From the NCBI GenBank assembly GCA_963842085.1, contig CAWJET010000002.1, positions 448,001 to 512,000 of the forward strand: a stretch of 64,000 nt of DNA, written 5' to 3'. Below the pieces are notes generated by a model. That model saw nothing but the letters and a program-made list of their open reading frames with translations. It was not told the origin of the DNA and did no database searches. The number at the start of each line of letters is the position of its first letter. Within the stretch, counting starts at the first letter, position 1. Origin of the DNA: an uncultured delta proteobacterium. GTDB lineage: Bacteria; Desulfobacterota; Binatia; Binatales; Binataceae. Both the position numbers and the translations under genes were made by a program. Of the stretch, positions 8,085 through 17,284 are shown piece by piece.

Positions 8085-10202
8085 ATGGCAGTGGAGGAAA
8101 TCGGACGGCTTAGAACTATCGCAATCGTGGGCCAGGGCGGGACCGGCAAGACCCAGGCCGCGGACGCGATGCTCTTTACGGCGGGTGCGGCGCCACGACT
8201 GGGGCGGCCCGACGACGGCTCGGCGGCGATGGACTTCGAGCCGGAAGAAACCAGGCATCACATTTCGATTAGTTCCTCGTTCAATCATCTCAACTGGAAA
8301 AAGACCGAAGTAATTTTCGCCGACACCCCCGGCTACACCGCCTTCCTGCCCGAGACGATCACCACGCTGCGTGCGGTCGACGGCGTCGTCATGCTGATAA
8401 GTCCGGGCGCAGACACCAAGATCGAATCCGAAAAAATCTGGGCCGCGACCGCCGATCTCAAACTGCCGCGAATCGCCTTCGTGTCGCGGCTCGATCGCGA
8501 GCGCACCAGCTTCGACGCCGCGATGAAGGACCTCGAAAAGGTGCTCGGCGCGCGCGCGGTCGCGCTGACGATCCCGATTGGCGAGGAGCTGGGCTTCAAG
8601 GGCGTCGTCGATGTGCTCGCGATGAAGGCGCTCACTTACGCCGACACCAGCGGCAAATCCAGGGAAGAGGAATTATCGGCTGAGCTGAAGACACGCGCGG
8701 AAGCGGCGCGCACGGCGCTGTTCGAAGCGGTCGCCGAGACCGACGACACGCTGCTCGAAAAATATCTCGACCAGGGCACTCTCGACGACGCCGAAGTTCG
8801 CACCGCCCTGCACGCGGCCGTCGTCGAGCGCAAAATCACGCCCGTCTTCTGCGGCTCGGGCGCGAAAAATATCGGCATCGGGCCGCTGCTCGACGCCGTG
8901 ACGACCTTTTTGCCGGCGCCCAACGAACGCCCGCCGGTCGAATGCCAGAATCCCGCCACCGGCGAGCCCGTAAGCCGTCCGGCAGATCCGACTGCGCCGT
9001 TCGCCGCGCTGGTCTTCAAGACGATAATCGATCCGTTCGCCGGCAAGCTCTCGATCTTCCGCATCGTTTCGGGCCGCGCGCAAAGCGATGCGGGCGTGCT
9101 CAACTCGACCAGGGAATCGAAGGAACGCTTCGGCCAGTTGCTGCGGCTCGAAGGCAAGAAGCAAGCGCCGATTGCCGGCGCAATCGCCGGCGAAATCGTC
9201 GCCGTCGCCAAGCTCAAGGACACCACCACCGGCGACACGCTATGCGACGAGAAAGCGCCGGTGCTCGTGATGCCGCCGCTCACGCGTCCGGCCGGTGTGA
9301 TGTCGTTCGCAATTCGTCCCAAGAGCAAGGGCGATGAGGAGAAGGCGTCGTCCGCGCTGCAAAAGCTGATCGAGGAGGACCTCGCGCTCGAGATGCATCG
9401 CGATCCGCAGACCCACGACATCATTTTGTCCGGCACCGGCCAGATGCATATCGAAATCACGGTCGAGAAGCTGCGCCGCAAATTCAACGTCGACGTCGAG
9501 CTTCAGGCGCCCAAGGTCCCTTACAAGGAAACCATCAAGGGACGCGCCGAAGCGCAGGGCAAGTACAAGCGCCAGTCCGGCGGTCGCGGGCAATACGGCG
9601 ATTGCTGGCTCAAGATCGAGCCGATGCCGCGCGGCAAGGGCTTCGAGTTCGTCGACAATATCGTCGGCGGCGTGATCCCGCGCAACTTCATACCGTCGGT
9701 CGAAAAAGGCGTGCGCAACACGCTGGTCGAAGGATTCCTGGCCGGCTATCCGATGGTCGACGTCAGGGTCACCGTATTCGACGGCAGCTATCACGACGTC
9801 GACTCGTCGGATATGGCGTTTCAAATCGCGGCCTCGATGGGCTTCAAGGCGGCGCTAGAAAAAGCCAGACCGATCATCCTCGAACCGATCGTCGCGCTCG
9901 AAGTTGCGTGTCCCGATGAATGCATGGGCGACGTGATCGGCGACCTCAACTCGCGCCGCGGCAAAGTGCTCGGGATGGACAGCAAGGGCAACGGCCAGGT
10001 GATCAAGGCGCAGGTGCCGATGGCAGAGGTGCTGAAGTATGCGCCCGACCTGCGCTCAATTACGTCGGGCCGCGGTTCCTTCGAGCAACACTTTTCGCAC
10101 TATGAAGAGGCGCCGGCTCCAGTCGCTGAAAAGATCATCAAGGAGACGCTCGCCGCGCGCGAGGCCGCCGGCGCCAAATCGCACGCCCACGCCCACGCCT
10201 AG
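8085..10202 (+). CDS. fusA: elongation factor G paralog (EF-G2-like)
   Basis: Five-domain EF-G with YKETI, QSGGRGQYG, GSYHDVDSSDMAF and LRSITSGRG. G motifs are degenerate and the gene is not in the str operon. Confidence 0.9.
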   Translation: MAVEEIGRLRTIAIVGQGGTGKTQAADAMLFTAGAAPRLGRPDDGSAAMDFEPEETRHHISISSSFNHLNWKKTEVIFADTPGYTAFLPETITTLRAVDGVVMLISPGADTKIESEKIWAATADLKLPRIAFVSRLDRERTSFDAAMKDLEKVLGARAVALTIPIGEELGFKGVVDVLAMKALTYADTSGKSREEELSAELKTRAEAARTALFEAVAETDDTLLEKYLDQGTLDDAEVRTALHAAVVERKITPVFCGSGAKNIGIGPLLDAVTTFLPAPNERPPVECQNPATGEPVSRPADPTAPFAALVFKTIIDPFAGKLSIFRIVSGRAQSDAGVLNSTRESKERFGQLLRLEGKKQAPIAGAIAGEIVAVAKLKDTTTGDTLCDEKAPVLVMPPLTRPAGVMSFAIRPKSKGDEEKASSALQKLIEEDLALEMHRDPQTHDIILSGTGQMHIEITVEKLRRKFNVDVELQAPKVPYKETIKGRAEAQGKYKRQSGGRGQYGDCWLKIEPMPRGKGFEFVDNIVGGVIPRNFIPSVEKGVRNTLVEGFLAGYPMVDVRVTVFDGSYHDVDSSDMAFQIAASMGFKAALEKARPIILEPIVALEVACPDECMGDVIGDLNSRRGKVLGMDSKGNGQVIKAQVPMAEVLKYAPDLRSITSGRGSFEQHFSHYEEAPAPVAEKIIKETLAAREAAGAKSHAHAHA

Positions 10203-10218
10203 AGCGCGGGGCAGGGCA

Positions 10219-10246
10219 GGGCGGCCTTGTATTGCAAGGGCCGCCC
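10219..10246 (+). terminator. GC-rich hairpin after the EF-G paralog
   Basis: GGGCGGCCTTG-tattg-CAAG(G)GCCGCCC with a weak T-tail. TACAAT at 10253-10258 may be the -10 box for the next operon. Confidence 0.4.
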
Positions 10247-10279
10247 GTCTTGTACAATCGGTGCGGTGGCAGCTAGCCG

Positions 10280-10492
10280 ATGGCGCCGATAGGAAAGAGC
10301 CTGGTCTTCGCCGGTATCGCGATTGCGGTCGTGGGACTGGCGCTGTGGGGATTGTCGTCGGTGCCGTACGTCGGCAGGCTGCCGGGCGACATCTACGTCC
10401 GCCGCGGCAACTTCACCTTCTATTTTCCGCTCGCGACCTGCATTCTTGTAAGCATCATTGCGACTATACTGTTCTCGCTGACGAGGCATTGA
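10280..10492 (+). CDS. DUF2905 family small membrane protein
   Basis: Two TM helices around the signature GRLPGDI...NFTFYFPLATC. Confidence 0.85.
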   Translation: MAPIGKSLVFAGIAIAVVGLALWGLSSVPYVGRLPGDIYVRRGNFTFYFPLATCILVSIIATILFSLTRH

Positions 10493-10496
10493 CGAA

Positions 10497-12725
10497 TTGG
10501 CAACGGAAAAATCCGCAAGCCTGCATCGGCTCGCAGAGCGCAAGCGGCGCCGCCGCGAGCTGATCGCCGTCGGTGTGGCCGGCGCGACTCTGGTCGCATT
10601 CGTGCTCGCCCAGACCGAGTTGCCGCCGCTCACGCGTCACACCTCGCTGGCTTCGAACCTGGCGGTCATCTCGCTCTTCAACCTGAGCTTTTTGCTGCTC
10701 GGCTTGATGCTGTTCCTGGTCGGACGCAACCTGGCCAAGGTCATCTTCGAGCGCCGCCGCGGATTGATCGGCTCCAAATTCCAGGTCCGGCTGGTGGCGG
10801 GATTCATCGCGGTCGCCCTGATCCCGAGCGCGTTCCTGCTGTACGTGTCGGGCGTGTTTCTGCACGCCGACATCAATAGCTGGTTCAATCCCGAGTACCA
10901 GCAGATTCTCGATGACTCGCTCGAGATCGCGAGGACCTATTATCTGAATTCGGCCAACAACGCGTCGCATTTCGCGCGCGTGCTGGCAGAGGAGATCTCG
11001 GCGCGCGGCCTGCTCGCGCCGCAAAAGCGCGACGATCTCAAGGCGTTCATCAATCAGCGCCAGGAGGAATACAACCTCGGCACCATCGAGGTGTTCTCCG
11101 CCGATCGCAAGCTGCTGCTGATCGACCTCAGTCCCAAGACGCCCACCGGCATCGGCGCGTCGCCCGATTCGCCGATCATCTCGCAAACGCTGAAGGGACA
11201 GGCCCTCACGCGCACCGACCGCCTCGGCAACGCCGACGTAATCCGCGGCTCCGCGCCGATTTACGTCTCGAGCGAGACCGACAACGTGCTCGGCGCCGTG
11301 CTGGTCGACTACTATCTCCCGCAGAGCCTGGCGACGCGCGCGACCAACATTTCGCGCGTATCCGAGGACTACTTCCAACTCCGAATCCTGCGCCAGCCCA
11401 TCATGAACAGTTACCTGCTGACGCTGGTGCTGATCGGGCTGGTGGTGGTGACGCTGGCGAGCTGGTTCGGCATATTTCTTTCGCGCGGAATCACCGGCCC
11501 GATCAAGCTGCTCGCGCGCGGCACGCAGGCGATCGCGGGCGGCGACCTCCATTACCGCATCCCCGCCGTGGGCGACGACGAGCTCGGCCAGCTGGTCGAT
11601 TCCTTCAACCAGATGACCGCCGATCTGCGCGCTTCCGCCGCTGAGCTCGAGCGCCGGCGCCATTACACCGAGACCCTGCTGCGCAATGTGTCGGCGGGCG
11701 TCGTCGGGCTGGACCACGACGGCGTCGTCACCACCATCAATCCGTGCGCCGAGCGGCTGCTCGATCTGAGCGCCGCCGCCGTCATCGGCCGCAACTACCA
11801 GGGCGCGTTCCCGCCCGCGCTGGCCCGCGTGCTCGACGACATATTCGCTTTCGCCACGCGCCCGCGCGAAGCCCGCTCGACCGTCAAGCTCGAAGTCGCG
11901 AGCGGCGAGACCGAGCTGATGATGACCGCGAGCCCGCTGGGCGACACTCCCGGCGAACCCGCCGGAACCGTGCTGTTCTTCGAGGACGTCAGCCAGATTG
12001 CGAAGGTCGAGCGGATGGAGGCGTGGCGCGAAGTTGCGCGCCGCATCGCGCACGAGATCAAGAATCCGCTGACCCCGATTCAGCTTTCGGCCGAACGGCT
12101 CCGGCGCCAGCTCGGCGCGCGCCCGGGTATCGAGTCCACGCTGGTCGAGGAATGCACGCGCACGATTATCGGCGAAGTCGAGGACCTCAAGCGGCTGGTG
12201 AATGAGTTTTCGGCGTTCGCGCGGATGCCGCATCTGAATCCGGTTCCGGGCGACATCAACGCGCTCGCCGGCGAGACCGTCGCGAATTTCCGCGAGGCGA
12301 ATCCCAGGGTCGAGTTTGCGCTCGCGCTCGACCCCGCGATCCCGCTGATTCCGATCGATCGCGACGCGCTGAAACGCGCGCTGGTCAACCTGCTCGACAA
12401 CGCGGTCGCCGCCGTGACCGCCATCAATCATAACGGCGCCGGCCCCAGGATCGAGGTGCGTAGCTATCGGCGCCCCGACAACTCGCTCGTAACCCTCGAA
12501 GTCGCGGACAACGGCCCGGGCATCGATCCGCGCCTGCGCACCCGCATCTTCGAGCCGTACTATTCGGGCAAAAAGGGCGGTACCGGACTCGGCCTCGCGA
12601 TCGTCTCCGCGGTCGTAACCGACCATCACGGCTTCGTCCGCGTAACCGACAACCCGCCGCGCGGAAGTAGATTTGTGCTAGAATTTCCTATAAAACACCT
12701 ACAATTCGCAAAGGCAACCGGCTGA
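10497..12725 (+). CDS. ntrY: NtrY-like sensor histidine kinase (TM-periplasmic-HAMP-PAS-HisKA-HATPase)
   Basis: Three N-terminal TMs, 'INSWF', a periplasmic domain, HAMP (DELGQLVDSFNQM), PAS, the NtrY H-box AWREVARRIAHEIKNPLTPIQLSAERL, and N/G1/F/G2 boxes. Confidence 0.9.
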   Translation: MATEKSASLHRLAERKRRRRELIAVGVAGATLVAFVLAQTELPPLTRHTSLASNLAVISLFNLSFLLLGLMLFLVGRNLAKVIFERRRGLIGSKFQVRLVAGFIAVALIPSAFLLYVSGVFLHADINSWFNPEYQQILDDSLEIARTYYLNSANNASHFARVLAEEISARGLLAPQKRDDLKAFINQRQEEYNLGTIEVFSADRKLLLIDLSPKTPTGIGASPDSPIISQTLKGQALTRTDRLGNADVIRGSAPIYVSSETDNVLGAVLVDYYLPQSLATRATNISRVSEDYFQLRILRQPIMNSYLLTLVLIGLVVVTLASWFGIFLSRGITGPIKLLARGTQAIAGGDLHYRIPAVGDDELGQLVDSFNQMTADLRASAAELERRRHYTETLLRNVSAGVVGLDHDGVVTTINPCAERLLDLSAAAVIGRNYQGAFPPALARVLDDIFAFATRPREARSTVKLEVASGETELMMTASPLGDTPGEPAGTVLFFEDVSQIAKVERMEAWREVARRIAHEIKNPLTPIQLSAERLRRQLGARPGIESTLVEECTRTIIGEVEDLKRLVNEFSAFARMPHLNPVPGDINALAGETVANFREANPRVEFALALDPAIPLIPIDRDALKRALVNLLDNAVAAVTAINHNGAGPRIEVRSYRRPDNSLVTLEVADNGPGIDPRLRTRIFEPYYSGKKGGTGLGLAIVSAVVTDHHGFVRVTDNPPRGSRFVLEFPIKHLQFAKATG

Positions 12726-12776
12726 TGCGATTCTTGCCGCGCCGCGACGAAGCGCGCTCCCCGGAGAAAATTTGAC

Positions 12777-14054
12777 GTGAACGAGACCGTGCTGGTGGTG
12801 GATGACGAGGAGCGGATTCGGTCGTCTTTGCGTGGAATCTTGAGCGATGAAGGCTTTCGCGTCGTCGAGACCGGCGACGCCCCGGGCGTGATGGACCTGA
12901 TTGCGCGCGAGAGTCCCGCCCTCGTTCTGCTCGACGTCTGGATGCCCGAAATGGACGGCATCGAGTTGCTGCGGCGAATCAAGTTCGAGCAGCCCCAGGT
13001 CCCGGTCATCATGATTTCCGGCCACGCCAATATCCAGAGCGCGGTCGCTGCCACCAAGCTCGGCGCCGCCGATTTCATTCAGAAGCCGTTCTCGGTCAGC
13101 GGATTGCTCGCGTCGATCGCGCGGGCGCTCGAGGGCGACTCCGCCGGTCCTGATCCATCCAGCGCGCGCGGCATGAGCGCCGAGGTCCGCGCTGCCGGCC
13201 GCAAGGCAATCCGCGCCGGCGCGATTCCGCAGCGCACCGTCGCGCGCTCGATCGTGACCGGCGGGCAGGGGCTTCACACCGGCCTCAAGACCGGCGTCAT
13301 CCTCCATCCCGCGCCCGCAGGATTTGGAATCGTGTTCACCTCGCTCGCCGACGAGACTTCCATTCCGGTCCGCTTCGAGAACGTCACCGACACCGGCTAC
13401 AACACCACCCTCGCCAGCGGCGGCCGCTCGGTCCGCACCGTCGAGCACCTGCTGTCTGCGCTCCACGCCTTCGGCATCACCAACCTCCTCGTCAAGACCG
13501 ACGACGAAGTACCCGCGCTCGACGGTTCGGCGCTTGAGTTTTGCAAACAGATTGCCGAAGCCGGGCTCACCACGCAGGACGCAACCGTCGAACCGATCAA
13601 ACTTACCCACCAGCTCGTGATCGGCGATGAAGGCGAGGGCCGCGAGTTTATCAAGGCCGAGCCCGCCGACCACCTGATCATTGATTACACGCTCGACTAC
13701 CCCAAACCGATCGGCATCCAGCAACTGCACTTCGAGCTGACTTCGCCCGACGCCTACACCCGCGAAATTGCGCCGGCGCGCACCTTTGGCTTCGTTTGGG
13801 AGTTTCGCAAGCTCGCCGAGCTCGGCCTCGGCAGCGGCGCGCGCATCGACAACGCCATCTTGGTCGACGACGACAAGGTCGTGAACACCACGCTGCGCTT
13901 CCCCGACGAATTCGCGCGCCACAAGGTCCTCGATCTGATCGGCGACCTCTACCTGCTCGGCCGTCCGCTGCATGCGCACATCACCGCGTCGAAGACCGGC
14001 CACTCCGACAACCTGGCCCTGGTCAAGGCAATCCACGCGTCGCTCCAAAGCTGA
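12777..14054 (+). CDS. lpxC: receiver domain fused to UDP-3-O-acyl-GlcNAc deacetylase (REC-LpxC)
   Basis: aa 1-120 are an NtrX-type REC (VVDDE, LLDVWMP, ISGH, QKPF). From aa ~152 the sequence is LpxC (QRT, GLHTG, TVEHLLSAL, EVPALDGSA, ARTFGF, RHKVLDLIGDL, GHSDN). Confidence 0.92.
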   Translation: MNETVLVVDDEERIRSSLRGILSDEGFRVVETGDAPGVMDLIARESPALVLLDVWMPEMDGIELLRRIKFEQPQVPVIMISGHANIQSAVAATKLGAADFIQKPFSVSGLLASIARALEGDSAGPDPSSARGMSAEVRAAGRKAIRAGAIPQRTVARSIVTGGQGLHTGLKTGVILHPAPAGFGIVFTSLADETSIPVRFENVTDTGYNTTLASGGRSVRTVEHLLSALHAFGITNLLVKTDDEVPALDGSALEFCKQIAEAGLTTQDATVEPIKLTHQLVIGDEGEGREFIKAEPADHLIIDYTLDYPKPIGIQQLHFELTSPDAYTREIAPARTFGFVWEFRKLAELGLGSGARIDNAILVDDDKVVNTTLRFPDEFARHKVLDLIGDLYLLGRPLHAHITASKTGHSDNLALVKAIHASLQS

Positions 14055-14077
14055 ACGGTTTGTCTTTCTCGCTTGTT

Positions 14078-14112
14078 CCCCTTCCCACATGCGAAGGGGT
14101 TAGGGGTTAGGT
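14078..14112. repeat. palindromic intergenic repeat (CCCCTTC...GAAGGGG-TTAGGGGTTAGG type)
   Basis: 7-bp stem followed by a G-rich tail. Related to the element at 29825-29915. Confidence 0.55.
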
Positions 14113-14160
14113 TAATCGAGGCGCGCGCAGTTCCCTCAGTCCTGACGGCTTAAACTCGAC

Positions 14161-14892
14161 ATGGATCTCAGAGGAAAAGTCGCGTTGGTAACCGGCGCAA
14201 GCCGCCGCGTCGGACGCGCCATCGCGCTGAAATTCGCCGGCCACGGCGCCACGGTCGCAGTTCACTATCATGGCTCGCACGCCGAGGCGGACGCAGTCGT
14301 CGCCGAGATCGCGCGCAAGCGTGGCAAGGCTCGGGCATTTTGCGCCAACCTTGAGCGCGTCGGTGAGATTGAGGCGATGGTCGCCGGCGTGCTCGACGCG
14401 TTCGGCCGAATCGACATCCTCGTCAATTCCGCTTCGGTCTTCGCGCGCACGCCGCTCGCCGAACTCACCGAGCGCGACTGGGACGCGAACCTCGATACCA
14501 ACCTGAAGGCGCCGTTTTTTCTGTCGAAGTTCGCGGGCGCAGCGATGCGCCGGCAGGGCGCGGGCAAAATCGTCAACCTCGGCGATTGGGCCGGGCTGCG
14601 TCCGTACAAGGACTACCTGCCGTACTCAGTGTCCAAGAGCGGCCTGATAGGCTTGACCAAGGCGCTCGCCAAAGAACTGGCGCCCGAAGTGCAGGTCAAC
14701 TGCATAGCGCTGGGCATGGTGATGCCGCCCGAAAGCTATACCAGGGAAGAAGTGGAGCGCCTCGTCAATCGCACGCTAACCAAAAAAATGGGCTCCGCCG
14801 AAGACGTCGCCCGCGCCGTGATCTTCTTCTGCGAAACAGACTTCGCCACCGGCGCAACCCTCGAACTGGAAGGCGGTCGCCTGCTCGTTTAG
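14161..14892 (+). CDS. SDR family oxidoreductase (pteridine reductase/FolM-like)
   Basis: TGASRRVG, VHY, LVNSAS, YSVSK catalytic YxxxK. Confidence 0.88.
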   Translation: MDLRGKVALVTGASRRVGRAIALKFAGHGATVAVHYHGSHAEADAVVAEIARKRGKARAFCANLERVGEIEAMVAGVLDAFGRIDILVNSASVFARTPLAELTERDWDANLDTNLKAPFFLSKFAGAAMRRQGAGKIVNLGDWAGLRPYKDYLPYSVSKSGLIGLTKALAKELAPEVQVNCIALGMVMPPESYTREEVERLVNRTLTKKMGSAEDVARAVIFFCETDFATGATLELEGGRLLV

Positions 14893-15932
14893 CTCTTCTC
14901 CGTCGGCGCCTTCTTGAACTCGATCTTCGCGCTCTTCGCAATTTTCTTGAGCAGCGCCTTTACGACCGTGTCTTCGTTCTCGTCGAGCAAAAACATCGCA
15001 ATCTTCGCCTTCACTTCCGACAGGGGCGAGATCGTCTCGCCGCGCCGCGAAAGCACCTTGATAAAGCTGAAGCCGAGATTCGACTCGACGATTTGCGTCA
15101 GCTGCCCGACCGGCGTCGCGAACACCAGCTTGTCCACCACCGGCGGCAACTGCCCGGGCCGAAAGTAACCGAGGTTGCCCCCCTTCGCCGCCGATTCCGC
15201 GTCCTCGGAGTTCTGCTTGGCGAGCGCCGCGAAGTCCTTGCTCTTGAGCGCCTCCTTGTACAGCTTGATGATTTTTTCGCTCGCCGCCTTCTTCTGCGCG
15301 TCGGTCGGGTTGGGCGGGAGCTTCACCGCGATGTGCGCGATTTCCGCCTCGCCGGGATCCTTGACGAACAGGTCGCGATGCTCGTCGTAGTATTGCTGGA
15401 TCTGCGCGTCGGTGGGCTGCACGTGATGCGCCCGGAATTCGTCGTCGAGCATTTTCTCGATCACCATCGACCCGCGCACCGCGTTCATCAGTTGCGCATC
15501 CGGAGCGCCGGTCGTCGCGACGGTCTGGCCGCCCGCGCCGGCAATCTGGAACTCGCGCGCACGCTGCGCCACTTCGGGGTCGGAGACCGTGATCTTGCGC
15601 TTCTCGGCCTCCTGCAGCAGCAATTGCCGGTTGATTAGATTTTCGCTCGCGTCGCGAAACACCGCCCTCGATTCTTCGGTGCTGGTCGCGTTGATCATCC
15701 GCGCTTCGGTCTTCGCATAGTCGGTTATCTCCGCCGCGGTGATCGGAGCGCCGTTGACCGTCACCACCACCGGATCTTTCGGATTGGGTTTGACCAGCGG
15801 GAGGATTCCGAGGAAGCGTTGTTGCCAGTCGAGTCCCGCCTCACCAAGTTGCGCGCAGACTGGATACGCGGTTGCAACCGCGACAGCAATCGCGACAATC
15901 AAACCGGCGAGCGGCGTTCGGCTAATGCGCAT
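14889..15932 (-). CDS. SurA/PrsA-like parvulin peptidylprolyl isomerase
   Basis: Signal peptide from MRISRT (start moved to 15932), a SurA N-domain, AHIAV, FAALAKQNSED, GGNLGYF. Confidence 0.88.
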   Translation of the reverse strand: MRISRTPLAGLIVAIAVAVATAYPVCAQLGEAGLDWQQRFLGILPLVKPNPKDPVVVTVNGAPITAAEITDYAKTEARMINATSTEESRAVFRDASENLINRQLLLQEAEKRKITVSDPEVAQRAREFQIAGAGGQTVATTGAPDAQLMNAVRGSMVIEKMLDDEFRAHHVQPTDAQIQQYYDEHRDLFVKDPGEAEIAHIAVKLPPNPTDAQKKAASEKIIKLYKEALKSKDFAALAKQNSEDAESAAKGGNLGYFRPGQLPPVVDKLVFATPVGQLTQIVESNLGFSFIKVLSRRGETISPLSEVKAKIAMFLLDENEDTVVKALLKKIAKSAKIEFKKAPTEKS

Positions 15933-16052
15933 CAATTCAAAACCCCCAATCGGTCTGCGTGCGGCGCCCCGCACGATGAACCCACGGCGTATACTCGGAT
16001 GCGATTCGGCGTCAAGGGGGTCGCCTCGATGCGGGCGGCTGGGAGATTTGCG

Positions 16053-16238
16053 ATGGCGCAACTGCGCACCGTGAGCATGGTCTTCGCGATAGTCGCGAGC
16101 GTAGTCGCGATTGTCGCCGGCTTCATCCTGTTTTTTGTGATCGAGCAGCCGTTCCTGGCGTCGATTTTTCTCGCCTCCGCGCTAATCGCTATCGGATGCT
16201 TCGTGCTCACGGGCATCGCCGCCTACTTCGGTCCCTGA
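16053..16238 (+). CDS. small two-TM membrane protein (61 aa)
   Basis: MAQLRTVSMVFAIVA... is the hydrophobic 3' part of ORF 15819-16238, with GGGAG upstream. Confidence 0.55.
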   Translation: MAQLRTVSMVFAIVASVVAIVAGFILFFVIEQPFLASIFLASALIAIGCFVLTGIAAYFGP

Positions 16239-16290
16239 ACTAGCCTCGCAACTTGTTCTAACAGGGACGAAGTCCCGCATCTTTTCTTGG

Positions 16291-16348
16291 TACTGGGTGC
16301 AGGGGTCACCCCTGCCCAGGGAAGCGTGAAACCCACGGTGGGTTTCAC
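16291..16348 (+). repeat. REP-like double-hairpin repeat, copy 1
   Basis: TGGG(T)GCAGGGG-tca-CCCCTGCCCA followed by GTGAAACCCAC-g-GTGGGTTTCAC. Confidence 0.9.
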
Positions 16349-16354
16349 ATTCAA

Positions 16355-17131
16355 TTAAGTGTATTCCCCCCTGCTGCCACGCGGCACGAGTGCCGGCGCG
16401 TACGCCGTTCTGCACGGCGGCCCCGGCGCGAAGTAGTGCACGACTTCCGGCGTGTTGCTGCGCATGAAGATCAAGCTCGACGACCGCGTCCCATAGTTCT
16501 CCAGATGCAGGCACAGCGCATTCGGCCGTCCCGTGCGCGAATCGAGCTGCGTATTATGGTCGGCCAGCAACGCCCCCAGCTCTGCGCGCTGCCCCACGGG
16601 GTCGCGCTGGAAATCCGCACGATTCCCAAGCTCCGCGAACTTGCCATACGACGCGCTTATCTTGGGACACTCGAAATCGTTCACGTCGAGATTGGACAGC
16701 AGATGCAGCCCGGGCTTCAGCGCGACCACCTCGATCAAAGCGCCGCGATTATACGCGACGAACGCCTCGGTCCGCGAGACCATCAGCAGATTGAATGGAT
16801 TGTAGTCCGACCCACGCTCGCGCGCCGCGAACTCCGCCGCCTCCGCCGCCGTCCGGCGCCGAAGCGCATCGAGGCATAGCAACCCGCGCGACCGCGCATT
16901 CGGATTGGCGCCGTTCTCCGCGCGCCGATTTAGCAGCCCCGCCACAATTCCATGCTCGCTGATGCCAAGCCACGTCCCGCCCGCCTTCAGGTCCTTGCCG
17001 CCAACCACGTGCGGCTCCTCGAGCAGGGTAGTAGGGTCAACCGCCGGCCGCTCGAGAAACTCATCACGATTGGCCGCAATCACCACCGGACAGTCGCGCG
17101 TCGCCTGAAAGTAAATCGCCAGCGTGCACAT
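16355..17131 (-). CDS. NRDE/TANGO2 family protein
   Basis: Start MCTL (Ntn Cys), AANRDEF, GGTWLG, SRGLL, YNPFNL, YGTRSS. The ORF-track upstream extension is repeat sequence. Confidence 0.92.
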   Translation of the reverse strand: MCTLAIYFQATRDCPVVIAANRDEFLERPAVDPTTLLEEPHVVGGKDLKAGGTWLGISEHGIVAGLLNRRAENGANPNARSRGLLCLDALRRRTAAEAAEFAARERGSDYNPFNLLMVSRTEAFVAYNRGALIEVVALKPGLHLLSNLDVNDFECPKISASYGKFAELGNRADFQRDPVGQRAELGALLADHNTQLDSRTGRPNALCLHLENYGTRSSSLIFMRSNTPEVVHYFAPGPPCRTAYAPALVPRGSRGEYT

Positions 17132-17184
17132 CCATACAAAGTTGGCAGCCCGCCGCCCCCCCGCACAAGCCCCACATTTCTTAT

Positions 17185-17242
17185 TACTGGGTGCAGGGGT
17201 CACCCCTGCCCAAGGAAGCGTGAAACCCACGGCGGGTTTCAC
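17185..17242 (+). repeat. REP-like double-hairpin repeat, copy 2
   Basis: Two mismatches relative to copy 1. Confidence 0.9.
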
Positions 17243-17284
17243 TACGATGAAGTGTGTTCGTGTTTTGTTCTCCTGAACTAAAAA

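Noticed and set aside
10464-14090. Long antisense ORFs (721 aa and 463 aa) opposite ntrY and REC-lpxC, and similar ones opposite lepA, sdhA, VWA and icd
   Set aside because: Typical stop-poor shadow frames of high-GC coding sequence. They carry no motifs, and the opposite strand has clear family signatures.
17132-17242. N-terminal extension of NRDE
   Set aside because: It is translated REP-like repeat. NRDE proteins start at MC, with the Ntn nucleophile Cys.
16291-17242. Composite transposon or IS around NRDE
   Set aside because: No transposase, and no terminal inverted repeats with a target duplication were seen. Kept only as a REP-like repeat.
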